Positions 39,584 through 49,795 of a stretch of DNA of 64,000 nucleotides are shown in pieces. The first letter of the stretch is position 1, and every line of letters starts with the position of its first letter. This stretch comes from an uncultured Legionellales bacterium (GTDB lineage: Bacteria > Pseudomonadota > Gammaproteobacteria > JAHCLG01), in contig CAYGUK010000005.1 of NCBI GenBank assembly GCA_964352985.1, forward strand, positions 125 to 64,124. Reading direction: 5' to 3'. The position numbers and the translations under genes are program-made. The notes under the pieces were generated by a model, which saw only the letters and a program-made list of their open reading frames with translations, did no database searches and was not told the origin of the DNA.

Positions 39584-40372
39584 TTACTCTCCGTTACCAA
39601 AAGAAGGTATCGTTGAAAAGTCACTGTCTTCTTTATAAGGTGGATATTGGTCATTTGCATTTTTAACTACTTCATTAACTGACTGTTGAGTAGCGGCGTC
39701 TTTTTGTGATTGATACGTGTAATACTCTGCCTGAGCATTAGTTTGCGCCATCATCATCGCTTTGAGTTTTTGAATTTGCGCGACTTCTTCAGCACCTATT
39801 TCATTGCCTACTTGTAATGCTTGCATTCGTCCTTGTGCGCTGTTTGCTTTTTGGGAGAATAATTGATCCATCGCTTCTTCTTGTGATTCTTGCTCATAAC
39901 TCGTGTTCACTTGATCCATCACGGCATTCATAGTGCTTTGATTGGTTTTCACCCATTTTTGATATTCTGATGAATAATCAGTGGTGGTGCTCTGATCCGC
40001 ATATCCTGGAAATTTTTGCCGAAATTGTTGATCTATATTAGCTGAAGTATAAGCAAGTGCGTTGGCTTGTTGCATAGTACTTGCTAATTGCATTAAATTT
40101 TGTCTTGCGTTATCCCAATTCAGTGAAGTAAATGCATTCGAATTTTTTACCATGTATTGGATTTGCTCTAATTGCTGTTTTATTTGCGTTGCTTGTCTTT
40201 CTAGCATTTCAGCTTCTCTTAGCTCCGCTAACCAATCTGTCACAGGAATAATGGCAAAGCATGTTTTACTAATCAGTAAAAAACAAGCTAAAGAGATTAG
40301 TGTTAATTTAGAGATTCTCAACATGATATCCCTCACTAAAATAAACTTTCCTAGTATAATCAATCCAATCAT
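39584..40372 (-). CDS. trbJ: T4SS TrbJ/VirB5.
   Basis: 262 aa. Signal peptide, then a long Gln/Ala-rich coiled coil. It sits at the trbJ position between trbE and trbL. Confidence 0.6.
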   Translation of the reverse strand: MIGLIILGKFILVRDIMLRISKLTLISLACFLLISKTCFAIIPVTDWLAELREAEMLERQATQIKQQLEQIQYMVKNSNAFTSLNWDNARQNLMQLASTMQQANALAYTSANIDQQFRQKFPGYADQSTTTDYSSEYQKWVKTNQSTMNAVMDQVNTSYEQESQEEAMDQLFSQKANSAQGRMQALQVGNEIGAEEVAQIQKLKAMMMAQTNAQAEYYTYQSQKDAATQQSVNEVVKNANDQYPPYKEDSDFSTIPSFGNGE

Positions 40373-42824
40373 CTAATCCTTTATAAGCTAACCAATCAAC
40401 GATCCACGATGGATCATTCGCACGAAAATGTTTTTTAAATTGTGTAATAGCATGGTCTGTCGAATTACCAATAAACGCCAATTCCAATGGGCTAAGATCT
40501 AATTGAAATAATCGACATCCTAACGGCGATGTCATGTAATAATCATGTTTAGGAATAGCGTTCAACAAAATATCAATTTGTTGTTCATTTAAACCAAAGT
40601 GCTCATATTTTTTAATCACCGCTCTATCATTTAATGAGTTATTAGGCAAATAGAATTTTGTTGGACACGATTCTTTAATGGTGTCGCTTATTCGTGAGGC
40701 GGTAACATGATCTAGATTTTGCGATATAAAACCCACAGCCACATTATATTTACGTAATGTTAATAGCCAATCTTCAAGCATTGATTCAAAAATAGAATGA
40801 CGCAGAAAAGACCACGCTTCTTCTAAAATTAATAACGTAGGTCGCCTATCTTTAAACAATTGTGTTAGTCTGTGAAATACGCAACGAATAATGGGAATAT
40901 ACAATGCTTCGGGTAATTTTAATAATTCACCCATTTCAAGACCAATCACTGAATTCAGACCAAACTTATCTTCTAAGCCATTTATCATTTTTGCAATGGC
41001 ACCACTATTGAAATTATCTATCGCTTGCCTAACCTCTGGATCTTGGATCGATAATAATTCTAATCGTAAATGCTCTTTTCCTGCTTTTGATAATGATCGA
41101 AGACTATGGATAATTTTTTCTTTGCGATCGGGTGTTATCTTTACCTCTTGTAATTCGCAAATTTCGCTTACCCATTGCGTTAAGAATGTTAATTCTGCCT
41201 CATAAGCAATTGTCCCTTCTTTAACATCGGCCAATAATGCTAACGGTGCAAAACTAGCACCACCATAAACATCAAAATAATCACCACCTAAAGTTTTTAA
41301 CCAAATTTCATTAGAATTATCTTTATCAAAAACAATGATACGTGAACGCGGATATTTTCTAAATTGACAGCCCATTAGTGCAATCAATGTAGATTTACCA
41401 TTACCTGTTGGACCAAGTACGGTAAAATGCCCCACATCGCTAACATGAATATTCACACGAAAAGAGCGTGATCCTTTAGTTCTCACATACATCAATGCAG
41501 GTGATTTTTTTGGATACAGTGGGCATGGGCATGTGTGACTACCCTGCCACACTGATGACGTTGGAACAGTATGAGAAACATAAATACTATCAACCATTGG
41601 CTTTCTAATATTATAACAGCCATGCCCAGGCAATGATCCGAGATAACCTTCTGTGGCATTAAACTGCTCATCTCGCACCTTAAATGATAATGATTCCACC
41701 AAAGCACACAGCGATTCACTTGCTTTTGATAATGCTTCTCGATCTTCATGCATCAATATGATAACCGATGACATAAAACCAAAACGAACAAGGCCGGCAC
41801 CATTTTCAAGCATTGCATCACTGGTTTGTAGTTTTCTAAGCTCTGCACTTTCATCAATTTGTGGTGCAATCCCTAACGCCATTTTGATCACACCAATTAA
41901 GCCAATAGCCTTATTCGACCATCTATTTTTTTGTGATTTAAGATATTTTCCAGCAGTACTTTTTGATAATGGTATAAAACGTGTTGACCAGCGATATTCA
42001 AATCCTAAATAATTTAATTCATCTAAAATAGCGGGATAGGTTAATTCTGGTAAGTCATCAATAGCAATCACCTTAATCCATTTATTTCCAATTTTAGGAA
42101 TAACGCCTGCAATAAAATTATCTGTAGAGAGAAAAGCGTCTAAGAAAAATCCTGTTTTGGGAATGTTAATTCGATTTGATTTTCCTGTGATATTTCTGTT
42201 TAAAAAAGTCGTCAAGTCAGAGCCAGCTAACCTCACCATTTGACTTAAGTCTAATCGTTCTAACCCTCTAATCGTTTCATCGCCATTATCAGGTACTCGA
42301 GTGATTTTTTTAAATTGTGTAATGAATCGTTGAACAGTATTTTCAAATGATTGATGCTCATCAACTAATGACTTTGAACGCTCATCACTATCAACCATCA
42401 ATTTAGAAAGTTTTTTCCCAAACATCGATGTTGGCACATACGATAATGAGAGAAAACAAGTTGAGCGATAAAACGTATCATCTTGCTCGAAGTGATATCT
42501 TCTTGCATCATCGATTAAGGCGGAAACAACATCCTGAAAACCTTGTGCTTTGCTATATTTTTTTTCTTCACTACTCACTAGGTTAGTTTCTATCATCCAA
42601 CCATCTTCAAGTAATCCCAATGCTTGAAAAACGGCATAAGCATTCGCATCAAGTTGACTACCCGTCGATGAATCGACATCTTGTGCGACATATCGAAAGT
42701 GAGCGGAAAACGCACCATCTTTATGGATCACAGTATTTTCGTTATAAAGATAGGCATAACTTAATAACTCACTTAACTCTCGTTGACGTCGCAATTTTAA
42801 GAAATATCGATGCAAGCTAAACAT
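40308..42824 (-). CDS. trbE: T4SS ATPase TrbE/VirB4.
   Basis: 838 aa. Walker A 'GPTGNGKST' and Walker B 'LILEEAW'. CagE/TrbE family size. Confidence 0.9.
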   Translation of the reverse strand: MFSLHRYFLKLRRQRELSELLSYAYLYNENTVIHKDGAFSAHFRYVAQDVDSSTGSQLDANAYAVFQALGLLEDGWMIETNLVSSEEKKYSKAQGFQDVVSALIDDARRYHFEQDDTFYRSTCFLSLSYVPTSMFGKKLSKLMVDSDERSKSLVDEHQSFENTVQRFITQFKKITRVPDNGDETIRGLERLDLSQMVRLAGSDLTTFLNRNITGKSNRINIPKTGFFLDAFLSTDNFIAGVIPKIGNKWIKVIAIDDLPELTYPAILDELNYLGFEYRWSTRFIPLSKSTAGKYLKSQKNRWSNKAIGLIGVIKMALGIAPQIDESAELRKLQTSDAMLENGAGLVRFGFMSSVIILMHEDREALSKASESLCALVESLSFKVRDEQFNATEGYLGSLPGHGCYNIRKPMVDSIYVSHTVPTSSVWQGSHTCPCPLYPKKSPALMYVRTKGSRSFRVNIHVSDVGHFTVLGPTGNGKSTLIALMGCQFRKYPRSRIIVFDKDNSNEIWLKTLGGDYFDVYGGASFAPLALLADVKEGTIAYEAELTFLTQWVSEICELQEVKITPDRKEKIIHSLRSLSKAGKEHLRLELLSIQDPEVRQAIDNFNSGAIAKMINGLEDKFGLNSVIGLEMGELLKLPEALYIPIIRCVFHRLTQLFKDRRPTLLILEEAWSFLRHSIFESMLEDWLLTLRKYNVAVGFISQNLDHVTASRISDTIKESCPTKFYLPNNSLNDRAVIKKYEHFGLNEQQIDILLNAIPKHDYYMTSPLGCRLFQLDLSPLELAFIGNSTDHAITQFKKHFRANDPSWIVDWLAYKGLDDWIDYTRKVYFSEGYHVENL

Positions 42825-42826
42825 TA

Positions 42827-43168
42827 TTAAATCCTCGATATCAATTTCACAGGTACAGTTTGAACTTTACGAACTTTTTGAATATTTCCGGCAAATCCGC
42901 GTGCAAGATAAAATCGATTCTGTAATAAAAAACGGCTGTTTCGTCTGAATACAGCAACACCTAGTGGATCATTTTTAGCGGCAGACTGTAAAATATATAT
43001 CGTCCCAATATAACCAACCAAAACAATAATCATTGGCCAATGTGGAAATACTCCCATTAAAACCCAACCCCAAAAAAATGATGTCACAATCACAAGGCTA
43101 CGTTCTGCACCCATGAATAATATCGGCTCAGATAAAGCTTGATTGGTTTGTCTTTCAGTGCCTCTCAT
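42827..43168 (-). CDS. trbD: T4SS TrbD/VirB3.
   Basis: 113 aa, two TM segments. It sits immediately upstream of trbE, as is usual. Confidence 0.7.
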   Translation of the reverse strand: MRGTERQTNQALSEPILFMGAERSLVIVTSFFWGWVLMGVFPHWPMIIVLVGYIGTIYILQSAAKNDPLGVAVFRRNSRFLLQNRFYLARGFAGNIQKVRKVQTVPVKLISRI

Positions 43169-43191
43169 ATAAAAATCTCCAATTTAATCGT

Positions 43192-43518
43192 TTAGAAAAC
43201 GACTGCACCACTAAACGTAAACATTAATCCGATAATTTGCACAGCACCGAATGCAATAGAGATCCCCATCGCGGCCTGCACAAATTTTTTCCCACCACCT
43301 TGCAAATCCATAAATGCCATGGTTAATCCTGCCAACACTATGGCAATACCCGATAAAAAATAGGCAACCGGGCCATCGATTGAATCGAATATTGTTTTTA
43401 ATGTCGTTGCCCATGGATATTGCGCCACAGTTGACGCCTGAGCCGTTGTGACAATAAACAAACAAAGCAGTGTAGAGCTTATTTGATAGAATCTTTTTTT
43501 CATGACTAACTTCTCCAT
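43192..43518 (-). CDS. trbC: T4SS pilin TrbC/VirB2.
   Basis: 108 aa. Signal peptide plus two hydrophobic helices. Located between trbB and trbD. Confidence 0.65.
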   Translation of the reverse strand: MEKLVMKKRFYQISSTLLCLFIVTTAQASTVAQYPWATTLKTIFDSIDGPVAYFLSGIAIVLAGLTMAFMDLQGGGKKFVQAAMGISIAFGAVQIIGLMFTFSGAVVF

Positions 43519-43521
43519 TGA

Positions 43522-44490
43522 TTATGCAAGTTGTTTAAATTGAAATTGTTTATTTTCAAATGCAGAAAAACTTGAGATTGCACGCACGATACGCCCCGCT
43601 CGATGTGATGAATCACGAACAACGTTAACTAGCACATCAATGGTTTCATAAACCAATTCATAAGGAGGTGGGACATTCGCTTCCTCTGCTAACGAAAGTA
43701 AGCGTAATACCGAGCTTTCTGTTGAGTTTGCATGAATTGTTGCAATACCACCTGGGCAACCCGTATTCCAAGCTTTTAATAAATCAAGTGCTGCACCGTC
43801 ACGCACTTCCCCAACTAAAATACAATCAGGTCTTTCACGCATTGCAATTTTTAATAGTGTCGTCATTGATACATTACGCGTTGTTAACATCGCTTTTGTA
43901 TTTTTCATTTTGCATTGAATTTCTGGTGTATCTTCCAAAATTAAAATTCGACGAGACGCATCACAAATTTCACTCATCTTTTTTATAATGGCATTGGCTA
44001 ATGTTGTTTTACCTGTACCCGGACCACCGGAAACTAAAATATTTTTACGATTGATAATCGCATCACAAATCGCATCAAATTGATTAACAGTAATAATGTT
44101 TTGTTCTAAATAATTTTCGAGTGGATAAACAAATTTTGCCGGTTTCCTAATAGTAAATGATGCTCGCTTTGTTACAGGAGGTATTTCCCCTTCTAATCGC
44201 TCCCGGTTAAATGGCATAAATGTTTCAATGTAGGGATTTTCAAAATTGAGATATAGATCTTGAAGTCTTGCGAGTTGCAGTAAGAAATTTTGTGCCTCGA
44301 ACTCGCCAATTTCTGTTGCAATATACATCCCCTTCTCTCTTGACTCAAACCAGACTTGACCATCTGGATTTGCCATAATTTCGGTAATGTCATCATCATT
44401 AAGTCCGGCACATATTGTTTTGCCTAGCATTGTTTTAAGAAAATCAATTTTTGATGATGCTTGCTCTTTATCAGTGGAATTCATGTTCAA
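43522..44490 (-). CDS. trbB: T4SS ATPase TrbB/VirB11.
   Basis: 322 aa. Walker A 'VSGGPGTGKTT', Walker B 'LILEDTPE', and a His box 'GGIATIHAN'. Confidence 0.9.
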   Translation of the reverse strand: MNMNSTDKEQASSKIDFLKTMLGKTICAGLNDDDITEIMANPDGQVWFESREKGMYIATEIGEFEAQNFLLQLARLQDLYLNFENPYIETFMPFNRERLEGEIPPVTKRASFTIRKPAKFVYPLENYLEQNIITVNQFDAICDAIINRKNILVSGGPGTGKTTLANAIIKKMSEICDASRRILILEDTPEIQCKMKNTKAMLTTRNVSMTTLLKIAMRERPDCILVGEVRDGAALDLLKAWNTGCPGGIATIHANSTESSVLRLLSLAEEANVPPPYELVYETIDVLVNVVRDSSHRAGRIVRAISSFSAFENKQFQFKQLA

Positions 44491-44540
44491 TAACTCCTTT
44501 ATTCATTGCAAAGCATCCAATGTTTATAATATTTAAAAAA

Positions 44541-44618
44541 AGGGTGCGCAAAGAAAAGCGACTTTCAATTTGATGAATTATTGAAGCAGCAGAAAGACGC
44601 GGCGCGTTGGCGCACCCT
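44541..44618. promoter_or_regulatory. GC-rich imperfect inverted repeat (AGGGTGCGC ... GCGCACCCT) in the AT-rich leader upstream of trbB. Candidate oriT or regulatory hairpin.
   Basis: Arms are at 44541-44549 and 44610-44618. The internal GACGCG is duplicated (44596-44601, 44623-44628). It is the only strongly GC-rich island in this intergenic region. Confidence 0.3.
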
Positions 44619-44720
44619 AATTGACGCGCATTTTTAAATAAAAGCATTCTTACCTTTAGCAATGAAACAAATAAACAAAGGCTGAGATATTTATTCACAA
44701 TATCCCAGCCTTTGTTTTTA

Positions 44721-45101
44721 TTAGAGCAAGCCGATTGCATTTTTATTTCCTTCATTTCTCAGATATAAATTGCTAAATGTGTTGTGACTTTCTTTAACAA
44801 GATAATCAAACAAATTTACTTTGTTATTTAATCTATTTCCAAAAACCTGATTTATTGCCTGACCAACTGTGTAAACTGATGGTGGGAAATAAAATGTGGA
44901 TTCTGCTAATAATGGATTAACTTCAGATTTTGTAGATCCGTTTTTTATTGTCATGTAGCGACTAATTTGTGTTACATTCAAATGAGACTCATGAAATGAA
45001 ATTTCTGCAAAGCTATTGTCTATAAAAAGGAAGATTATATTCAATAATATGATAGTGATTAATGAATAACGAATCTTCATAAAAACCCCCAAGTAATACA
45101 C
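44721..45101 (-). CDS. Secreted/membrane-anchored hypothetical protein.
   Basis: The N-terminal hydrophobic segment 'IILLNIIFLFIDNSFA' looks like a signal peptide. Confidence 0.3.
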   Translation of the reverse strand: MYYLGVFMKIRYSLITIILLNIIFLFIDNSFAEISFHESHLNVTQISRYMTIKNGSTKSEVNPLLAESTFYFPPSVYTVGQAINQVFGNRLNNKVNLFDYLVKESHNTFSNLYLRNEGNKNAIGLL

Positions 45102-45170
45102 ATTTTTATATCCTCTTTGTTTAGCTTATTAGGAATAAAGCCCATATCATTAATACCAGATCGAGCATCC

Positions 45171-45362
45171 CTATGATTTACTCTGATTCTTACGACTATC
45201 ATTTTTTTTTAATCTTACTTCTTCCCGATCGATTTCTAACTCTTTTGGCGCAATAAAGCCTACTTTTACATAATTATCATCCACACTTAAAACCTGTAAT
45301 TTGCAATTATCACCAATCCACGCAGCCTTTCCTTGCCTTAATGTAAACACTAACATTTTCAT
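45171..45362 (-). CDS. CsrA/RsmA-family RNA-binding regulator paralog (LvrC-like, as found on Legionella integrative elements).
   Basis: 63 aa. 'MLVFTLRQGKAAWIGDNCKLQVLSVDDNYVKVGFIAPKELEIDREEV' aligns to the CsrA fold (L-x-L-T-R..GE...IGD.I...V......V..GI.AP....I.R.E). Confidence 0.75.
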   Translation of the reverse strand: MKMLVFTLRQGKAAWIGDNCKLQVLSVDDNYVKVGFIAPKELEIDREEVRLKKNDSRKNQSKS

Positions 45363-45557
45363 CTCTCCTTTATTAATCTGAAACTCATGACAATCGATAT
45401 TTATTATTTACTCGTCATCAAAAAGCATTACTTTTTATAAATCCTTACTATGGGACACCCTTAAAAAACCATCGGGATGATTTCAATATCACCCCGAAGT
45501 TTTTCTTCTTTAAGCAAGCCAACTGAGTGCTAAAAATCATAAGTAAACAGCTCATTG

Positions 45558-45752
45558 TTACAGTTCACCCTGTTTTTTCTTATACCAAGACAAATGAATT
45601 GATATCTTCTCAGATAATTCTCTTATATCATCAGAACTAGGATAACTGACACTTAATAATAATTGATGACTTATTCTGTTAATCCAATCATGAATATCTT
45701 TCGCATTACGCCAATAATCATCAACGCTTTCTTGTTTGTTTTTAAATATCAT
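45558..45752 (-). CDS. Small hypothetical protein.
   Basis: 64-aa ORF between the LuxR-HTH gene and the csrA-like gene. Confidence 0.25.
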   Translation of the reverse strand: MIFKNKQESVDDYWRNAKDIHDWINRISHQLLLSVSYPSSDDIRELSEKISIHLSWYKKKQGEL

Positions 45753-45835
45753 GTTTCACCACTATGGAAATAATTTATATGAATTTTACCAGGAATAAAT
45801 TTTATTACTTTGCGTAAAACGCAAGGTTGAAAAAT

Positions 45836-46156
45836 TTATTGGAAATTTTTTTCGTAGATTCTTTTGTAAAAATTATATAATTCGAAGGGAAGTTTAAACA
45901 TTGACTCTTTTTGAAATTTTTCTTTTATTTCTTTCATGTGATATTGGATTGTCCTGGGTGAAAGATTTAGTTCATTCCCCACTAGGATAGGTTCGCCGTA
46001 TTTTAGAAGTAACAACCCTATATCAGCTTGTCTATGCGTTAATTTTTCATTGAGATAGTTTGATCCAAGCTCAAACTCAATTGCTTTATTTTGAAAAAGA
46101 AAACTAAATATATGATTAAAATTCGATTCGAAGTCTTCCATTTTATGCTTTCTCAC
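45836..46156 (-). CDS. LuxR/GerE-type HTH transcriptional regulator.
   Basis: 'LTHRQADIGLLLLKYGEPILVGNELNLSPRTIQYHMKEIKEKF' is a LuxR-C-type HTH. Confidence 0.5.
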   Translation of the reverse strand: MRKHKMEDFESNFNHIFSFLFQNKAIEFELGSNYLNEKLTHRQADIGLLLLKYGEPILVGNELNLSPRTIQYHMKEIKEKFQKESMFKLPFELYNFYKRIYEKNFQ

Positions 46157-47030
46157 TCAGTATTTTTGATATAGCGTCCTTAATTTTAATTATTTCGTTG
46201 GAAAAATATTTGGCATCATCTAATCGGCCACTTTTTTCAGCAAAGGATTTATGGATTTTTAGTGAGTTAATATCAGAACTCTTTTTCCGAATAATTTCGC
46301 ACATTTTTTTATTTTCAATTTCCAGCTTACTCTCGGCTATGTTTAATATCTGAACGGGTGTACTCCAAACGCCATCTTTAATTTGTTTTAATATGGCATT
46401 TAGTTTTCGTTTAAAATCATTTCCAATCAGCGTAAACGCATTTTTATCCAGAATAACATAAACGATTTCTTCATATAGCCTTTCTATTATTTCATCATCA
46501 CTCACATAGCCTGATATTTTTCTCTTAATCAGACTTTTTTGACTATCTGTTAATACCCCACCTTTGAAGTCAATAGCTGAATTACACACATCAAGTGCAA
46601 CAGCTGCATTACATTGCTTTGTTGCTGTTATTTCTTTGTTCTTTTTTTCTTTGTATATATTATTATTTTGTAGTTGCGGGTTATCCTGATCCGGGAAATC
46701 CGGATCTTGTTCACCATGATCCGGGAAATCCGTTTTTGGTATTTCATAAACATCGTAGGTTGTTTTTGTAATTCTGCCTTTTTCGTCTCTTAATTTTGAC
46801 TCAACAATATAACCGTGTTTTTTAAGTTCGCTTATACCGCTATACACTGCATCTCGTCCATCGGGTGTTTTTTCAATTATATTTTTAATGCTAATCACCC
46901 AATCTTCGGGTAAGCTCAGAAGGTAAAGAAGGATCCCCCTTGCCTTGAATGATAATCTTGGATCTTGAGGACATGTGTTTGAAACAATTGTAAAATTTCT
47001 TGTCCGTTTTTTTACTTTAAAAGTTGCCAT
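46143..47030 (-). CDS. Winged-helix DNA-binding protein (replication-initiator/LvrA-like) with an internal acidic tandem repeat.
   Basis: N-terminal 'DPRLSFKARGILLYLLSLPEDWVISIKNI...SKLRDEKGRITKTTYDVYE' resembles the RepA/DnaD-N winged-helix. The repeat TGATCCGGGAAATCCG x2 at 46685-46732 encodes a DFPDxD repeat. Confidence 0.4.
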   Translation of the reverse strand: MATFKVKKRTRNFTIVSNTCPQDPRLSFKARGILLYLLSLPEDWVISIKNIIEKTPDGRDAVYSGISELKKHGYIVESKLRDEKGRITKTTYDVYEIPKTDFPDHGEQDPDFPDQDNPQLQNNNIYKEKKNKEITATKQCNAAVALDVCNSAIDFKGGVLTDSQKSLIKRKISGYVSDDEIIERLYEEIVYVILDKNAFTLIGNDFKRKLNAILKQIKDGVWSTPVQILNIAESKLEIENKKMCEIIRKKSSDINSLKIHKSFAEKSGRLDDAKYFSNEIIKIKDAISKILSEKA

Positions 47031-47390
47031 TCCTACACCAGTTTTTCCATATTAAAGGTTATTGTCCATAATTTGATTTGTTAATTTCATGATAGGTTAC
47101 TTATACAACCTATAATTCAAACGGTAATTTTTATCTCTATTATCAAATCGGTTGCGTCAGAAAAGTATGTTTAGGCATCGTTTCTTTCCATTAGTTACCT
47201 GTATTAAAAGATTATCATCACGAAAATGTAATAGCAATTAATTTTTATACCTGTATTACAGTTATAAAAATTTTGTTAAAATTCACTCCATTATAGCTAT
47301 TCGAAAAAATCGCAATTGAATTAGTTTTCTATTGTCTTTACGTCAGGGTTGACTAAGTCAAATTTTAGGTTGAAAATTTAATTCAATCTT

Positions 47391-48509
47391 ATGAATAAAT
47401 TAGGGTATTTCTTAGAAATGTATAATGAAAAAACAACAATTCGTGATCGATCACCTTGTCAAACATTAGCGATAATAAAGCCTTATATAAAACAAGCTGG
47501 TATTACACGAATTGCCGATATAACACAATTAGATACTATCGGTCTCCCTGTTTATACGTGTATAAGGCCGTTATCACGAAGCATAAGCACATCTCAAGGA
47601 AAAGGTCTAACCAAAGAATTAGCAAAATGCAGTGCCTATATGGAAGCCATAGAGCATTACTTTGCAGAAATTGTGAAATATGATTTTTATGGTAACGAAC
47701 TAGAAAATAAAGAAAAAAAATTCATAACGCCAGCTGATTTAGAATCAAATAATTTAAAATTAAAATATGATAATTCCACCTATATCGGCTGGAAAAAAGT
47801 TACAAATTTAAAGAATCATAGTTACTGTTATGTTCCGTTAGACGCAATATCTTTAGATTTAACAGTTAATAAAAAAACATCGAGTAAAACTTCATCAACA
47901 GGATTAGCATCCGGTAATAACCTAAACGAAGCTATATATTATGGATTACTTGAGGTTATAGAAAGGATCTATACAAAAAGATTTTTTAATCTTACAAAAT
48001 CAGAAAAGTTCGATTCAATAATAGAGATCAAATCTATAACTGATGATAACTGCCATTTATTATTTAAAAAATTAAAAAATAACAATATTAAAGTGACTAT
48101 ATTTAATATAACAAACAGATTAGAAATTCCTACATTTATGTGCTTACTAGAATCTCACGATAAATATAGCAATCATTATAATTACTATGGAATAAGTTCA
48201 AATTTAAATAGTGATATCGCTTTACAGCGATCAATTGTAGAAGCAATCCAATCAAGATTAACAGGGATTGCAAGCAGTAGAGATGATATTGATTATAAAA
48301 CAACAGCTAATACATCACCAATTAGTATCAACACAACAGGAAAACCATATAACTATCAAAACACAGAATTCACTTCATTTAATGAAGCTATCAATAAGAT
48401 ATTAAATAACGATTATTTTCATAATACCGATTTCTATTATTGCGATCTATTACCTAAGAACTCAGATATTTCAGTCATTAAAATTATTTCTTCCGGGGAT
48501 ATATCATGA
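47391..48509 (+). CDS. ycaO: YcaO-domain protein (ATP-dependent amide-backbone activating enzyme; cyclodehydratase/thioamidation family).
   Basis: 'SISTSQGKGLTKELAKCSAYMEAIEHYFA' matches the YcaO ATP-binding signature (S.GKG.T...A..SA.GEAIERY). 372 aa, minimal YcaO size. Confidence 0.85.
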   Translation: MNKLGYFLEMYNEKTTIRDRSPCQTLAIIKPYIKQAGITRIADITQLDTIGLPVYTCIRPLSRSISTSQGKGLTKELAKCSAYMEAIEHYFAEIVKYDFYGNELENKEKKFITPADLESNNLKLKYDNSTYIGWKKVTNLKNHSYCYVPLDAISLDLTVNKKTSSKTSSTGLASGNNLNEAIYYGLLEVIERIYTKRFFNLTKSEKFDSIIEIKSITDDNCHLLFKKLKNNNIKVTIFNITNRLEIPTFMCLLESHDKYSNHYNYYGISSNLNSDIALQRSIVEAIQSRLTGIASSRDDIDYKTTANTSPISINTTGKPYNYQNTEFTSFNEAINKILNNDYFHNTDFYYCDLLPKNSDISVIKIISSGDIS

Positions 48510-49795
48510 ATGAAATTATTGTCTTTTGTGGTTCAACCATTAAAAGAAGTGAAGTTCTTAAAATTTTACCCTTAGCAAATTGCCTGTCACCTATAAAAAA
48601 TGGGGATATTATTAAAGCAGTACGTTTGAAGCCAAAGATTATAATAATTATAGACGGATACTTTGCGAATCACATTTCGATTTGGCATAAAGAAATTTTA
48701 TTCGCCATTTCATGTGGTATAACTGTATATGGCGCCAGTAGTATGGGAGCACTTAGAGCCTCTGAATTATCTCAATTTGGAATGATTGGCTTTGGAGAAA
48801 TATATAATTTATACGATCAAAATATCATTGATGGCGACGATGAAGTTGCCGTTTCAATATATAAGACTAATGATAATATTCATACATCAATACCTCTAAT
48901 TGACATAAGGTTCACATTAGAAAAACATCAACATTCATTCACAGAGAAAGAAGTCGATTCATTTATTAGAGATATTAAAAGTATCGGTTATCCTCTTAGA
49001 GAATGGGATTATCTTTTGACAGATAAGAATTTCACATGCTATAGGACATTAATAAACTATATAAAAGAAAACTACATTAATCAAAAATTAATCGATGCAG
49101 AAAATTTATTAAATCACGTAAAAAATAATGCTAATGTGATAATTAAACAAAACATAGATACTTCTGATATAATAACTGTATATTTTAGAAAACTGTATCG
49201 TCACTATATTAATGAACCATTTGATCATGCTTATGATTGGTTACCTAAAGAAGAAAAAATGCTTTTCGGTATTAAATCAAAGAATAAATATTATGAATAT
49301 TTTCACGGCTTGAGTATACTTATACACATATATTACGACTTAAAAAAAACAAATAAAACACCCTTGAAATTTATAAGTGAAATAAAAGAACGCGCATCAA
49401 CAACAAACACAGGAGTTGAAATAAAGTCTTCTATTAATGATTACTATAATATCGAGACGAACAAGAGCGATAGTAAACAACTAGATATTAACAATATGTT
49501 TTATTTTTTAATATTAAACATAAAAAATCTTTTAAATAATTCAGGCTATTACTTAAACGCAAATTATGTAAGTGAAATTACCTTAAAATTTAGAGTAAGT
49601 AAAAAATTATTAACTAAAAACGAATTTCAAAACTGGGTCTCATCTAAAAAATTTAATAAAAAACAAACTAAAGAGTTTTTTCTGATTTATAGTTTTGTAG
49701 AATTATTAAACAATAAAATAGACAATATTGAATTCAATATGAAATATAATAAAGTAAATTGGTTAAGGCATTTAGTTGAAACACTAAGTGATTAA
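48506..49795 (+). CDS. tfuA: TfuA-like protein with a C-terminal extension of about 200 aa.
   Basis: 'IIIIIDGYFANHISIWHKEILFAISCGITVYGASSMGALRASELSQFGMIGFGEIY...DDEVAV' matches the TfuA domain. There is a 4-bp overlap with ycaO. 429 aa, whereas ~200-260 aa is typical. Confidence 0.85.
   Translation: MNEIIVFCGSTIKRSEVLKILPLANCLSPIKNGDIIKAVRLKPKIIIIIDGYFANHISIWHKEILFAISCGITVYGASSMGALRASELSQFGMIGFGEIYNLYDQNIIDGDDEVAVSIYKTNDNIHTSIPLIDIRFTLEKHQHSFTEKEVDSFIRDIKSIGYPLREWDYLLTDKNFTCYRTLINYIKENYINQKLIDAENLLNHVKNNANVIIKQNIDTSDIITVYFRKLYRHYINEPFDHAYDWLPKEEKMLFGIKSKNKYYEYFHGLSILIHIYYDLKKTNKTPLKFISEIKERASTTNTGVEIKSSINDYYNIETNKSDSKQLDINNMFYFLILNIKNLLNNSGYYLNANYVSEITLKFRVSKKLLTKNEFQNWVSSKKFNKKQTKEFFLIYSFVELLNNKIDNIEFNMKYNKVNWLRHLVETLSD

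Noticed and set aside
44471-44755. 94-aa ORF upstream of trbB.
   Set aside because: It overlaps the trbB start and spans the GC-rich inverted-repeat region. The composition is not protein-like. It is more likely non-coding leader.
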